Part shown: positions 10,467 through 20,665 of the stretch, one piece after another
Numbering within the stretch: position 1 is the stretch's first letter
Layout: each line of letters starts with the position of its first letter
DNA from: an uncultured Methanoregulaceae archaeon
GTDB lineage: Archaea; Halobacteriota; Methanomicrobia; Methanomicrobiales; Methanospirillaceae
Reading direction: 5' to 3'
Assembly (NCBI GenBank): GCA_963717525.1
Contig: OY970343.1
Span: forward strand, 868,233 to 932,232
DNA length: 64,000 bases
Notes under the pieces: model-generated
Seen by the model: the letters and a program-made list of their open reading frames with translations, nothing else
Database searches by the model: none
Told to the model about the DNA's origin: nothing
Position numbers and translations under genes: made by a program

Positions 10467-11978
10467 TTAAGAATTTGTCACTGTGTAATGGTGGATATCA
10501 ACATAAGGAACAAGTTTTCTATTTTCAAGTACGGAAACTGCACCATGGCCCCCACAGATCAGGCAGTGTTTTTGCTTCGAAGCAAGAAGATTATCGGTCT
10601 CTGCGGCAAGTTCGAAAAGTGCTTTTCGTTCCCTGCGTGCAAGATCGCTGTCAACATTCACCGAGGTGACCAGAAAATCGGCAATGGAGTTATAGGCCGC
10701 CCGTTCCGGGGTAAGGCTGGAAAAATTGATGACGGCATCGGCAGTGAAGAGCAGACCTTCCAGCCCGGAATACAGGTAGATCTGTCCGTGGGTATGACCC
10801 CCCAACCCTTCGAGCACCTCAAGCTTGAGGTCGCCAATGGTGACGGTCCCAAGGACGGGAAAGATGCTGCGCGCCTCTGTTCCAGCCTGCGGCAGGCAGG
10901 TCACCTTTTTGGGCGGCCGGAACCGGGAAAAAAGGTTAATCATCTTGGTGTAAAACGCTTCGAGAACAGAATGCTCGTTCCGGGAGCCATAAGCGCGGTT
11001 ATTTGTTTTTATTATGTCCCGGGTCCCCGTATGCATGAGGGCGCATATCGGGAAAAATCCTCCCGCCCCGCAGTGATCGGCATCTGCATGGGAGATGATC
11101 AGTTGGGTTAACCGGTTTTCGTCCCCAAGGCCAAAGTGGGAAAACATAGCCATGACATCATCGTGGTAGATACCATACCCGGTATCGATCATCAGGGTAT
11201 CCTTTTCTGAGGTAAGGACATAGATGCTCCCACCACAGGGCAGCTGGAAACAGAAGAGGTCGACCTGCGGGGTGATATTAATCTTCTGGACATCTGCGTA
11301 GAAATTCCTGCCAGTGGTGGCATGCAATGTCCGGCCCGTCAGAAGTACGCTGTCAAAAACCTGACGGGGATCGCTTCCCCGGTTCATCAGTTCCTGTGCG
11401 ATGTGGTTTGTATCGGCAAGAAATGAAAGAAGGAACGTATTTTCGGATTCACCTATCAGGTCCCGTATCTCCTGAGCAAACCTTACATAGAAGATGGTAT
11501 CGTCGAGATGTTTTCCGGTGGTATCATATTCGATGATCTCAAGGTGGTACCGGGATTTAAGCTGATCGAGGAGCTTGTCGACAGATGCCGGGTCTTCGAG
11601 GTTTAGGCTGACAGTCAGCTGGTCAGGGTGTCGTCCGGTATCATCAAAATCGATAAATCCGATATTTGCGCCGGACTCAGTAGTATATCTCAGGAACCGG
11701 CTGAGCGATCCCGGCGTATGAGGCAGGTGCACAAAGAATTTGAGAAAACTCAACGGTTGCAAGGAGGTCTGGAGGTACCCGATTGCCTCAAGGTCACGTG
11801 TGATCTTCGTATAATCATCTTCGGTCGCTGTCACTTCATAAAAGACGGTGCAGGGGTCTATCCTACGGTCATACTGGATTCGGTTTATATTGCCGTTATA
11901 TTTGGTTATAACCCTGGCAGCACTCTCAAGAGAACCGGGTTCATCAGGCATATGTGCGATAAAACCAAATTTCTTCAC
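10467..11978 (-). CDS. Tandem ACT-domain plus metallo-beta-lactamase-fold hydrolase
   Basis: ACT signatures MPDEPGSL..GNI and LPHTPGSL..ANI; MBL motifs IDTG, SHADADHCG, GGHT, CGGHG. Confidence 0.8.
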   Translation of the reverse strand: MKKFGFIAHMPDEPGSLESAARVITKYNGNINRIQYDRRIDPCTVFYEVTATEDDYTKITRDLEAIGYLQTSLQPLSFLKFFVHLPHTPGSLSRFLRYTTESGANIGFIDFDDTGRHPDQLTVSLNLEDPASVDKLLDQLKSRYHLEIIEYDTTGKHLDDTIFYVRFAQEIRDLIGESENTFLLSFLADTNHIAQELMNRGSDPRQVFDSVLLTGRTLHATTGRNFYADVQKINITPQVDLFCFQLPCGGSIYVLTSEKDTLMIDTGYGIYHDDVMAMFSHFGLGDENRLTQLIISHADADHCGAGGFFPICALMHTGTRDIIKTNNRAYGSRNEHSVLEAFYTKMINLFSRFRPPKKVTCLPQAGTEARSIFPVLGTVTIGDLKLEVLEGLGGHTHGQIYLYSGLEGLLFTADAVINFSSLTPERAAYNSIADFLVTSVNVDSDLARRERKALFELAAETDNLLASKQKHCLICGGHGAVSVLENRKLVPYVDIHHYTVTNS

Positions 11979-12093
11979 AAGTGCCAGCCCCGTATGCAGG
12001 ATTAAAATAGGTACCTGGTCTGGTTATAGATTACGGTAAAAATAATTCCAACGCTGGTCTTTGACCGGCAATCGGGCGGGCCTGAGTTTGATC

Positions 12094-13209
12094 TTATTTT
12101 TTCCGTGCGGCAATTACCAGGGCTGCTGCCCCAAGACAGCCGCCAATTGCTACCAGGGGAGAGAGCGGGAGTCCGAAGGGCGCTTTCACCATCTCGGGTG
12201 AGATCTCCGTCGGTGAGTTCTCTGAGACTACCACATCCATCGAAACAGTCAGGTAGCCGGGAGATTTGATTTCAACCAGGTGCGTCCCGGTTGTTACGCC
12301 GTTCAATGTTACCGGTGAAGTTCCGACCAGGGCGGAATCAAGATAAACGGAGGCGCCTGCCGGAACCGACGAAATAACAAGGGTCCCCGAGTTGGGAGAC
12401 GGGGCGGGCGTTGCCTGTGGAACCGCCGGCGTTCCGGTCATTGTTGTTTCAGGAAGGGAAACAGGAGCGGTACTAACGGTTTCCGATGAAGTCAGGTTTA
12501 TATTTGAGGCAACGATTGTCAGCGTCTCAGTCAGGCTGTTTGACAGTGAGGGGCTGCTGATCGAAACCGTATATACACCTGGAGGCATATCAACATGGAA
12601 CCCATACTGGAAGTACCCTCCGGCGCTGACCGGCGAGGCGAATGTATGCACCTTGTTCCCGGAAGCGTCCATCACATCGATTTCAATGGTGTCTGCCGCT
12701 GATTCCACCTTTCCTGTCACCTGTATATAATCATTGAGAACAGCGGGATTGGGAGTGATGGTTGCATAAAATTCCGGTTGTCTTAAGAAGATGGAGGCAG
12801 TGGCCTTAATTTGCGGATTACTCAGATCATATACCGTGAATCTGTATCCTGCCGTGTACAGGATGTCGGCCCCCACTGCGCGGGAAGAATCCCAGACATA
12901 TGACCATGTCCCCGAGGAGTCTGTGACAACAATGTTCCCGGTTCCCGCTGTACCGGTTAAGTTATAAGGGGGAACCCCTGCTGCCGGAAGGCCCGGGCCG
13001 GTGACAGTGATCACGGTCATGTTGCCCACAGTGTTCCTGCCATCGAATATGACGCTGTCACCGACGTTATAACCCCCATTTCCCCGGTAAGCGATGGATA
13101 CGCTTCCCGTTTGTGCCTGTACCGGCATGATGCACACTGTCAGGATGATCAAAAGAAAGAGGCCGGAACATAATTCCGGGAATTTTCTGGAGCACATTTT
13201 CATCTTCAC
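12094..13209 (-). CDS. Secreted PEGA-domain surface protein
   Basis: Signal peptide; PEGA (ISSVPAGASVYLD..VGTSP..GTHLVEIKSPGY); P/T linker; C-terminal TM plus RKK. Confidence 0.85.
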   Translation of the reverse strand: MKMKMCSRKFPELCSGLFLLIILTVCIMPVQAQTGSVSIAYRGNGGYNVGDSVIFDGRNTVGNMTVITVTGPGLPAAGVPPYNLTGTAGTGNIVVTDSSGTWSYVWDSSRAVGADILYTAGYRFTVYDLSNPQIKATASIFLRQPEFYATITPNPAVLNDYIQVTGKVESAADTIEIDVMDASGNKVHTFASPVSAGGYFQYGFHVDMPPGVYTVSISSPSLSNSLTETLTIVASNINLTSSETVSTAPVSLPETTMTGTPAVPQATPAPSPNSGTLVISSVPAGASVYLDSALVGTSPVTLNGVTTGTHLVEIKSPGYLTVSMDVVVSENSPTEISPEMVKAPFGLPLSPLVAIGGCLGAAALVIAARKK

Positions 13210-13321
13210 CTTAAAGAGAATATATTCATAAGAGAATAAACATTGTTGTCCTTTTTATTTCACCTGAATGACGCTCTTTTCAAATTACCCAATCCCCGTC
13301 AGGAAATTGCACTAATAACGA

Positions 13322-13337
13322 AACTATATCTATAGTT
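13322..13337. promoter_or_regulatory. Palindrome overlapping the TATA-like element upstream of the acs operon
   Basis: aactata-tc-tatagtt perfect 7-bp inverted repeat about 32 bp before the GTG at 13369. Confidence 0.4.
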
Positions 13338-13368
13338 GCGCAAATACCCCATAAACAGAGGGATTAAC

Positions 13369-15400
13369 GTGACCGACGTCATCCTGGCCAGAAAAACCGG
13401 AAATGAGCAGCTTAAAAGTAAAATATCCCAAATATCGCGCGAATTCTCTTACGATGAAACTGCATATCATCTTCCGATCTCGTTTGCACTGACGGGAATT
13501 GCGGTCCATGACAGGAACGCCGCTTCAGACGTTCTTGCAAAGACCAGTAACAACCCGCTGGTAGCATCAGAATGCCTGCTCGCTGCAGCGACAGTGGCGA
13601 CAGGAAAGGAGCCTGCCCCGTATACGGGTTTTATCAGCGACACGGTGATCCGGAAGCTCGGGTACTCTCTGGTGGATGGGAGTATTCTCGGCATGGCACT
13701 CATCGTTGGAACCCCGAACAGTGCCGGAGGTGCTGCGGCGATCTGCCGCGAGCTCCAGGAAAAATACATGCTCACGTTCCTTGCCGGCGGTGTTATCCCT
13801 TCCCTCTCTTCCGCCGGTGTGAAACTGGGCCTTGATTACCGGCTCATCCCCCTTGGGTCCCAACCCCTCCACAGCGTCCATTTTGTTGATATCATCGCAC
13901 GGGTCGCGATGATGTTCGGAGGCGTCTCGCCGGGAGATGCCGGGCGTCTCCTCTCGTACGCTGCTGAACGCGCAAAAGCCATCGTCGTTGTCTTTCCCGG
14001 ACTTTCTGATGAGGAAGTAGCATTTGTTGACGGCATGCGTGTACTGGGGTTCCCGATCCTTTCGCTGGGTGGATATGAGGGAGGGGAATGGATCCCTGCC
14101 ACTACCGATGATGTCGTGCGTAAAGGCATGGAACTCAAGGGAATCCGGGTCACGGTAACGGCTATCCCCATACCGATGGGCTGCTCTCCTGCTTTTGAGG
14201 GAAAGAGCATAAGAAAAGAGGAGATGCAGGTCGAGTTTGGCGGAGGCCGCTCGCCCGCATTTGAACTGCTGCGGATGAAAAATCCCGGCGAGATTACAGA
14301 TGGGAAGGTAACCGTCATCGGGCCTGAGATCGGTTCCATGAAGGAGGGCGGGGCATATCCCTTGGGCATCATCGTCGAAGTGGCAGGGAAGACGATGAAG
14401 AAGGACTACGAGCCGGTGCTCGAACGGAGGATCCACAATTTTATCAATTACGGTGAGGGATCATGGCACGTTGCCCAGCGGGATCTCATCTGGGTGCGGA
14501 TATCAAAAGAAGCGTTTACAAAAGGGGTGAAGATCGAACACCTCGGAAAACTCCTTGCGGGCAAGTTCCGGATGGACTTCCCCCAGCTCCTCGATGCAGT
14601 CGCCGTTACGCTCATCACAGACCCGGAAAAGGTGCTTGCAGGAAAGAAGGACGCAGAGAAGATCTACGAAGACCGTGATGCTCGCATCAAGGGCATGCGG
14701 GATAACGACGTTGGAACCTATTATTCCTGTACGCTCTGCCAGACGTTTGCTCCCAATCACGTCTGCGTGATCACGCCGGAACGGCCGGCGCTCTGCGGGG
14801 CGATCAGACTGGCTTGACGGGAAGATTGCATACGAGATGTCCCCGTCCGGCGCAAACCAGCCGGTCGAAAGAGGGGCGCTCATCAATGCCCAGAACGGCG
14901 AGTTCGAAGGGGTAAACCGGTTTGTCAAGAAGGCCAGCCACGGAGAGATAGAGCGGTGTTCACTGTACAGCGTGATGGAATTTCCCATGACCTGCTGCGG
15001 GTGTTTTGAGGTCATAGCCCTGATGCTCCCTGAGGTCAACGGGATCATGGTCGTCAACCGGGAATACAAGGGAATGACCCCATCCGGCATGAGCTTCTCG
15101 ACCCTTGCCGGAACCATAGGCGGGGGCGCCCAGACCCCGGGCTTTGCCGGAATCTCGAAAAATTATATCCTCTCGGACCGGTTCCTCCAGGGAGAGGGGG
15201 GGATCGAACGCCTTGTCTGGATGCCCTCGCAGTTAAAAGAGGAACTCAAACCCCGGCTTGCCCCGTTGCTTGCGGCCAAGGGACATCCTGACCTTTTTGA
15301 TAAGATCGCAGATGAAAATTCAGCCCCCACCCTCGAAGACCTGGCAGCATTCCTCGCCCGTGTCGGCCACCCGGCTCTTGCGATGAAACCCCTTATGTGA
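13369..15400 (+). CDS. acsB: Acetyl-CoA synthase, bacterial-type long form (AcsB/CdhC); +1 indel near 14808
   Basis: A-cluster motifs CTLCQTFAPNHVC..PERPALCGAI and PMTCCGCFE; about 265-aa N-terminal domain (ETAYHLP, IRKLGYSLVDG) ahead of the CdhC-like core PAFEGKSIRKE. Confidence 0.93.
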
Positions 15401-15408
15401 GATGCGCG

Positions 15409-16357
15409 ATGATACCTGAACCGAATTTTGGCTGGACCGGCTCGGTAGGAGAGGTCGTCCTTGGTGCAACCCGTTCTGAGGGGGGTACCCGCTCACGGTC
15501 GTACCGGATAGGCGGTGGCACCACGCTTCCTTTTATGGAAAAAGAGAGAACGTTCCCCTCACCCCTCGTTGTCTTCGAGATCTGCGATGACCCCCTGTAC
15601 TGGTCCCCAATTGTCAACGATTTCTGCGGGGATCTCGTCCACGACCCGGCTGCGTGGGCAAAGACGGCAGAGACCACCTACGGGGCAGACCTCGTCAGGC
15701 TCTGCCTGACGAGCACCAGGCGGCGGGATTTTTCCGATATCCCTTCTCTCGGGAAAACGACTGAAGCAGTCCTTGCATCGACCAGTCTGCCGCTTATTGT
15801 CGAGGGAAGCAACGAGCCGAAGATCGACAGCGAAGTCTTCCAGAAATGCGGTGAGGCCGGGCAGGGCGAACGCCTGCTGCTGGGCACCGCAGAAGCGGGA
15901 CGGTACCGGAGCATCGCGGCTGCAGCCCTTGCGTACAACCACGCGATCATTGCCCAGTCCCCCATCGATATCAACCTTGCAAAGCAGCTCAACATCCTCC
16001 TCAAGGAGATCGGCGTGCCACGGGACCACATTGTTATCGATCCCTACACCGGAGCGCTTGGTTATGGTTTTGAGTATTCGTATTCTGCGATGGAGCGGAT
16101 CCGGTTCTCTGCACTCAAGGGCGATGCGGATCTCGCGATGCCGATGATCTGCGCCCCGTCTGACTCGCTCTCGATAAAAGAAGTACGCGAAGCGGACGCC
16201 GGTACCAGGGACGCCATCGCGGTGGAGTGGGAATTCACCACAAGCCTTGCGGCAGCTGATTGCCGGGGCGGAGATCGTCTGTGTCCGCCACCCGGACACG
16301 GTAAAGCGCCTCAAAGCTGCCTTTGCTGCGCTCAACACGCGAACAGGAGGAGCATAG
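15409..16357 (+). CDS. acsD: Corrinoid iron-sulfur protein small subunit (AcsD/CdhD); +1 indel near 16255
   Basis: IGGGTTLPF, SPIDINLAKQLN, DPYTGALGYGFEYSYSAMERIR. Corrected frame gives AGAEIVCVRHP and TAG at 16355-16357. Confidence 0.9.
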
Positions 16358-16359
16358 AC

Positions 16360-17694
16360 ATGCCACTCAAGGCCCTTGATATCTATAAGCTCCTGCCCAA
16401 AAAAAACTGCAAGGAGTGCGGAGACCCCACCTGCCTGACTTTTGCGATGAAACTTGCGGCCGGGAAAGCAGACCTCGATCTCTGCCCGTATCTCGATGAT
16501 AATGCAAAATCCGTTCTCGGCGCAACGACCCGGCCGCCGATCAAACTCGTAAAACTCGGGGTTGGGGAACGCTCGTTTGCGGTCGGCGAGGAGTTCGTCC
16601 TCTACCGTCACGACAAAACCTTCTACCATCCCCCGGGCATCATGTTTGCGGTCTTTGATACGCAGAGCGAAGAGGAGATCGCGGCAGTGACCGCACGGGT
16701 AAGGGATGAAACGCTGACCCGGGTCGGGGCCGATCTGAAATTCAACGGGACAGCAATTGTCAATACGAGCGGAACCGTCGAAGCATATACAAAGGCAGTT
16801 GCCGCCGTGGAGAAAACCGCCGGCCTCCCAGAAGTCCTTGTCACGGAGAACCCGGCCGCCCTTGCTGCCGCACTCGTGCAGTGCGGAAGCTACCGCCCCC
16901 TGATCTGCGCAGCAACACCGGAAAACTACCGGCAGATGTGTGCGCTTGCAAAGCAGTACGGGTGCCGTCTCGTTGTCAGGGCGCCAACCCTCGACGGGTT
17001 GGCCCGGCTCACTAAAGACTGCGCTGCCGAAGGGGTACAAAATATTGTCTTGGATCTCGAGCCGAAGACCCTTGGGGATTTCCTGTACCGGTCGACGGCA
17101 ATACGGCAGCTCACCATCACCCGAACAGTCCCGGATCTCGGGTTCCCGGTGTACCTTGACGCAATGGCGTTTGATGACGAAGATGCGGCAATTGCCCTGG
17201 GGATCGTCAAGTACGCCTCCGTGATCGTGACAAAACCCCTCGCACCGGCCTCCGCAAAGGCAGCACTTACCCTCCGCCAGAACATCTACACCGATCCGCA
17301 GAAACCCATCCAGATGAATCCCGGGCTCTACCGTGTCGGGACGCCCGGAAAGGATGCCCCTGTGCTTATGACGGTCAACTTCTCCCTGACCTACTTCACG
17401 CTCCAAGGATACCTTGAATCCACGCACATTCCCTGTTTCATGCTGATCGTCGATACTGAAGGGCTCTCGGTGCTCACCTCGGTAGCGGCAGGCAAGCTCA
17501 ACGAGATGCTGGTTCGGGACGCGATAAAAAAGTTCGGGGTCGAAAACGAGGTATCGCACCGGAAACTGATTATCCCCGGCTACGCTGCCCCCCTCTCGGG
17601 GAGGATTGAAGAGGCGACCGGCTGGAAAGTGCTCGTCGGACCCCGTGATGCAGCAGAGATCGGCGAATTTCTCGTGCAGGAATGGAAGCCTTAA
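16360..17694 (+). CDS. acsC: Corrinoid iron-sulfur protein large subunit (AcsC/CdhE)
   Basis: ATG preceded by GGAGG; MPLKALDIYKLLPKKNCKECGDPTCLTFAM..CPY 4Fe-4S motif; LRQNIYTDPQKP, NFSLTYF, GLSVLT. Confidence 0.95.
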   Translation: MPLKALDIYKLLPKKNCKECGDPTCLTFAMKLAAGKADLDLCPYLDDNAKSVLGATTRPPIKLVKLGVGERSFAVGEEFVLYRHDKTFYHPPGIMFAVFDTQSEEEIAAVTARVRDETLTRVGADLKFNGTAIVNTSGTVEAYTKAVAAVEKTAGLPEVLVTENPAALAAALVQCGSYRPLICAATPENYRQMCALAKQYGCRLVVRAPTLDGLARLTKDCAAEGVQNIVLDLEPKTLGDFLYRSTAIRQLTITRTVPDLGFPVYLDAMAFDDEDAAIALGIVKYASVIVTKPLAPASAKAALTLRQNIYTDPQKPIQMNPGLYRVGTPGKDAPVLMTVNFSLTYFTLQGYLESTHIPCFMLIVDTEGLSVLTSVAAGKLNEMLVRDAIKKFGVENEVSHRKLIIPGYAAPLSGRIEEATGWKVLVGPRDAAEIGEFLVQEWKP

Positions 17695-19603
17695 ATGCGT
17701 ACCGTTACCTTCTTTCCCAGTTACCGTAAGATCGATGCCCCCCGCGGGACGACCATCCTTGACGCCGCCCAGCGTGCCGGGATCAACATGAACGTCGTCT
17801 GCGGCGGAGTAGGTAAATGCGGGAAATGCGTGGTTTTTGTCCAGTCCGGCAAAGACCGAGTTCGACCGGCAGAAGTTCGGGCGGTTCTTTACTGAGGAGG
17901 AACTGAAAAAAGGCGCCTGTCTTGCCTGTGTGACCACGATCCAGGGGGATCTGCAGGTTTTTATCCCCGAGAGCACCCTGATCCAGGAACAGAAGATCCT
18001 GATCGACGGGATAGATACGGAGATTGAGTTCCACCCGTCCGTGAAAAAATATTACGTGGAACTCCAGCCACCGACCCTTGCCGATCCGTCCCCGGATCTT
18101 TCGCGCCTGCTCTGGGGGATCCAGAAGAAAGGCGGGCCAGTCGCGGAGAAAATGTACGCACCTCTCGAAGTGATGCGCGAGATCCCCGCCCTGCTCAGGC
18201 ACAGCGACTGGAAGGTGACCGGGACCATAGCCCTTGTACCCGGGGGCTACCGGCTTATCGATCTTCAGGAAAACGATACTTCGCAACGGCTCTACGGTGC
18301 CGCAGTCGACCTTGGTTCCACTACGGTCGTCGCGTACCTCTGGGACCTCATATCGGGAAAAGTGGCCGCGGTTGCCTCCAACTACAACCGGCAGATCAGC
18401 TGTGGCGAGGACATCCTTGCCCGGGTCAACTATGCCCAGAAGAACGGGATCGAGAAACTCCGTACACTTGGTGTCGAGAGCATCAATGCGGCGCTGACCT
18501 CGGCCTCCAACGCTGCCGGGATCGACCGGGAGGATATCTATGAAGTCGTGGTTGCAGGCAACACGGTGATGACACACATGCTGCTGGGCATCGACCCGGC
18601 GTATATTATCAAGGAGCCTTATGTCCCGGTGGTGCAGCGGGCGCTCTCGGTAGCCGCTGCACGGATTGGGATCACCTGCAACGACAACTGCGGGCTCTTT
18701 GCTTTCCCGGCCGTCAGTGATTTTATAGGTGGCGATATCATCGCAGATATCCTTGCCTGCGGCATGAGCGAGAAAGAGGAGATCTCACTTCTTATCGATA
18801 TCGGGACAAATTTCGAGGTCGTCCTTGGCAACCGGGACTGGATGTTTTCCTGCGCAGGAGCGGCAGGGCCGGCGCTGGAAGGCGGGGAAGTCCTCTTTGG
18901 CATGCGGGCAAACCCCGGTGCGATCGACAAGATCACCATCGATCCGGCAACGCTGGAACCGGTCTTTTCCACCATCAACGGGATCAAACCCAAGGGTCTT
19001 ACCGGCTCCGGTCTGATCGACATCCTTGCCGAGCTGCTCTCTGCCGGTGTCATTGACAGGACCGGGCGGATCAATACGGAGAGCACTAACCCCCGGATCC
19101 GAACCGGCGCACATTTCCCGGAGTACGTGATCGCATGGGCTGGAGAGACCGATATTGGAAAAGACATCGTAATCACGGAAAACGATATCAAGAACCTGAT
19201 CATGAGCAAGGCATCCATCCACGCAGCCTGCGTAACCCTCATGAAAGAGGCCGGGGTCACGAGGTTTGATATCGCTACCATCTACTTTGCCGGTGCGTTT
19301 GGCAACTATACCAATAAAAGGAACGCGACGATCGTCGGTCTGATTCCAGAGATCGATCTCGACCGGATAAAAAACATAGGAAACGGTGCCGTGGCGGGTG
19401 CAAATCTTGCGCTCATCAACCGGAGGAAGAGAAAACTTCTGGATGGCATCGCAGGCCGGATCGCGTACATCGAGCTCAACGCAGAGCCCTCCTTCATGGA
19501 TGAGTACACCTCGAGCGCGTTCCTCCCGCACACGGATCTCTCGCTCTTCCCCCGGGTCCAGACGCTCCTCGATTCCCTGCGCGAGAAAAAAGAGGTATCC
19601 TGA
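17695..19603 (+). CDS. acsV: Reductive activator of corrinoid protein (RACo/AcsV; 2Fe-2S plus ASKHA ATPase); +1 indel near 17853
   Basis: CGGVGKCGKC..LAC ferredoxin; DLGSTT, AGNTVM, DIGTNFE, AAGPALEG, AGAFG. Confidence 0.9.
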
Positions 19604-20643
19604 TGTCAAAAATGATCCCGGCCCCGTATTCCCGTGCCACCGGCATCGGCGCACTCCCGCACACCGACCCGGTGCTCGCGTGCGATGACGTTCTCGATGT
19701 GTTCCCCGACTTTCCCTATGCACCGACACTCCCGGATCGCGGGCTTCTCGAAAGTATTGTCTTCAACGATTCCGCTCAGCTCCCGGGCCGGCTCATCAGG
19801 GAGGGCCGGCTGCTCTACGACAGCACCCGGGACAACACCTCCGCGATGGAGCAGGTGTACCTGGATTTTGTCGAGGAGAATTTTTTACCGTACAGCCTTG
19901 ATGCCGCACACGCCTCTGCATTTACTGAGATGATGACCCGGCAGTTCCCGAAAGCGCAGGTACTCAAGTGCCAGGTGACCGGGCCGGTCACTTTCGGGAT
20001 GCAGGTCGTGGATGCAGAAAAAAGGCCGATCTACTACGATGCCCAGCTGGCCGATGTCCTCTCGAAGATGATCGCACTCAAGGCACGGTGGTGCGAACAT
20101 GAGATGCAGGCAAGGACCGGGATCAAAGAGACCCTTGTTCTTCTCAACGAACCCTATTTTGCATCGCTTGGATCCTCGGTCGTACCACTCGACCGGGCGA
20201 CCGTAAAAACCGGCTGGCAGGATATTGCGTCCCTCGTCAGGGGAGGGCTTGGCATCCACTGCTGCTCGAACACAGACTGGGGTTTTGTCATCGGTCTCGA
20301 TCCCTCGGTAATCTCCCTTGACGCCTATACGACCGCAACAGAATTCCTCCTTTATGCCGACGCGATCGGGGCGTACATGGAACGGGGAGGGGTGGTTGCA
20401 TGGGGGATCGTCCCTGCCGAATACAAGATCTTTTCTGGAGAAACTGTCGATTCGCTCTATGCACGGTACTGCGCAATACGCACCCAGATCACAAAACGGA
20501 TCCCGGTTGAACTTTTCGATGCCCGTTCTTTAATCACGCCCAGCTGCGGGATCCGGTTTGCGGACCGGAACGGTGCAGGAGAGATCCAGCGGGCTGCATC
20601 CGAGATCTCAAAGAGGATCCGAAAAGAGGCAAAACTTCCCTGA
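19603..20643 (+). CDS. Core (folate-independent, corrinoid-dependent) methionine synthase, MesB/MesC-like
   Basis: Single MetE catalytic barrel, 346 aa: ATGIGALPH, KCQVTGPVTFG, NEP, GIHCC (Zn), WGIVP, ITPSCG. Confidence 0.78.
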   Translation: MSKMIPAPYSRATGIGALPHTDPVLACDDVLDVFPDFPYAPTLPDRGLLESIVFNDSAQLPGRLIREGRLLYDSTRDNTSAMEQVYLDFVEENFLPYSLDAAHASAFTEMMTRQFPKAQVLKCQVTGPVTFGMQVVDAEKRPIYYDAQLADVLSKMIALKARWCEHEMQARTGIKETLVLLNEPYFASLGSSVVPLDRATVKTGWQDIASLVRGGLGIHCCSNTDWGFVIGLDPSVISLDAYTTATEFLLYADAIGAYMERGGVVAWGIVPAEYKIFSGETVDSLYARYCAIRTQITKRIPVELFDARSLITPSCGIRFADRNGAGEIQRAASEISKRIRKEAKLP

Positions 20644-20665
20644 AAGGAGTGTAGGATCTGGCACC

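Noticed and set aside
15397-17694. Apparent 765-aa AcsD-AcsC fusion
   Set aside because: A +1 indel near 16255 bypasses the natural acsD stop (TAG 16355-16357). The shifted frame restores the conserved AGAEIVCVRHP tail, and acsC has its own GGAGG plus ATG at 16360
15559-17976. 805-aa antisense ORF, plus other long shadow ORFs (2461..3489, 7667..8602, 33769..34671, 53585..54760)
   Set aside because: Opposite-strand shadows of well-supported GC-rich genes; no recognisable motifs
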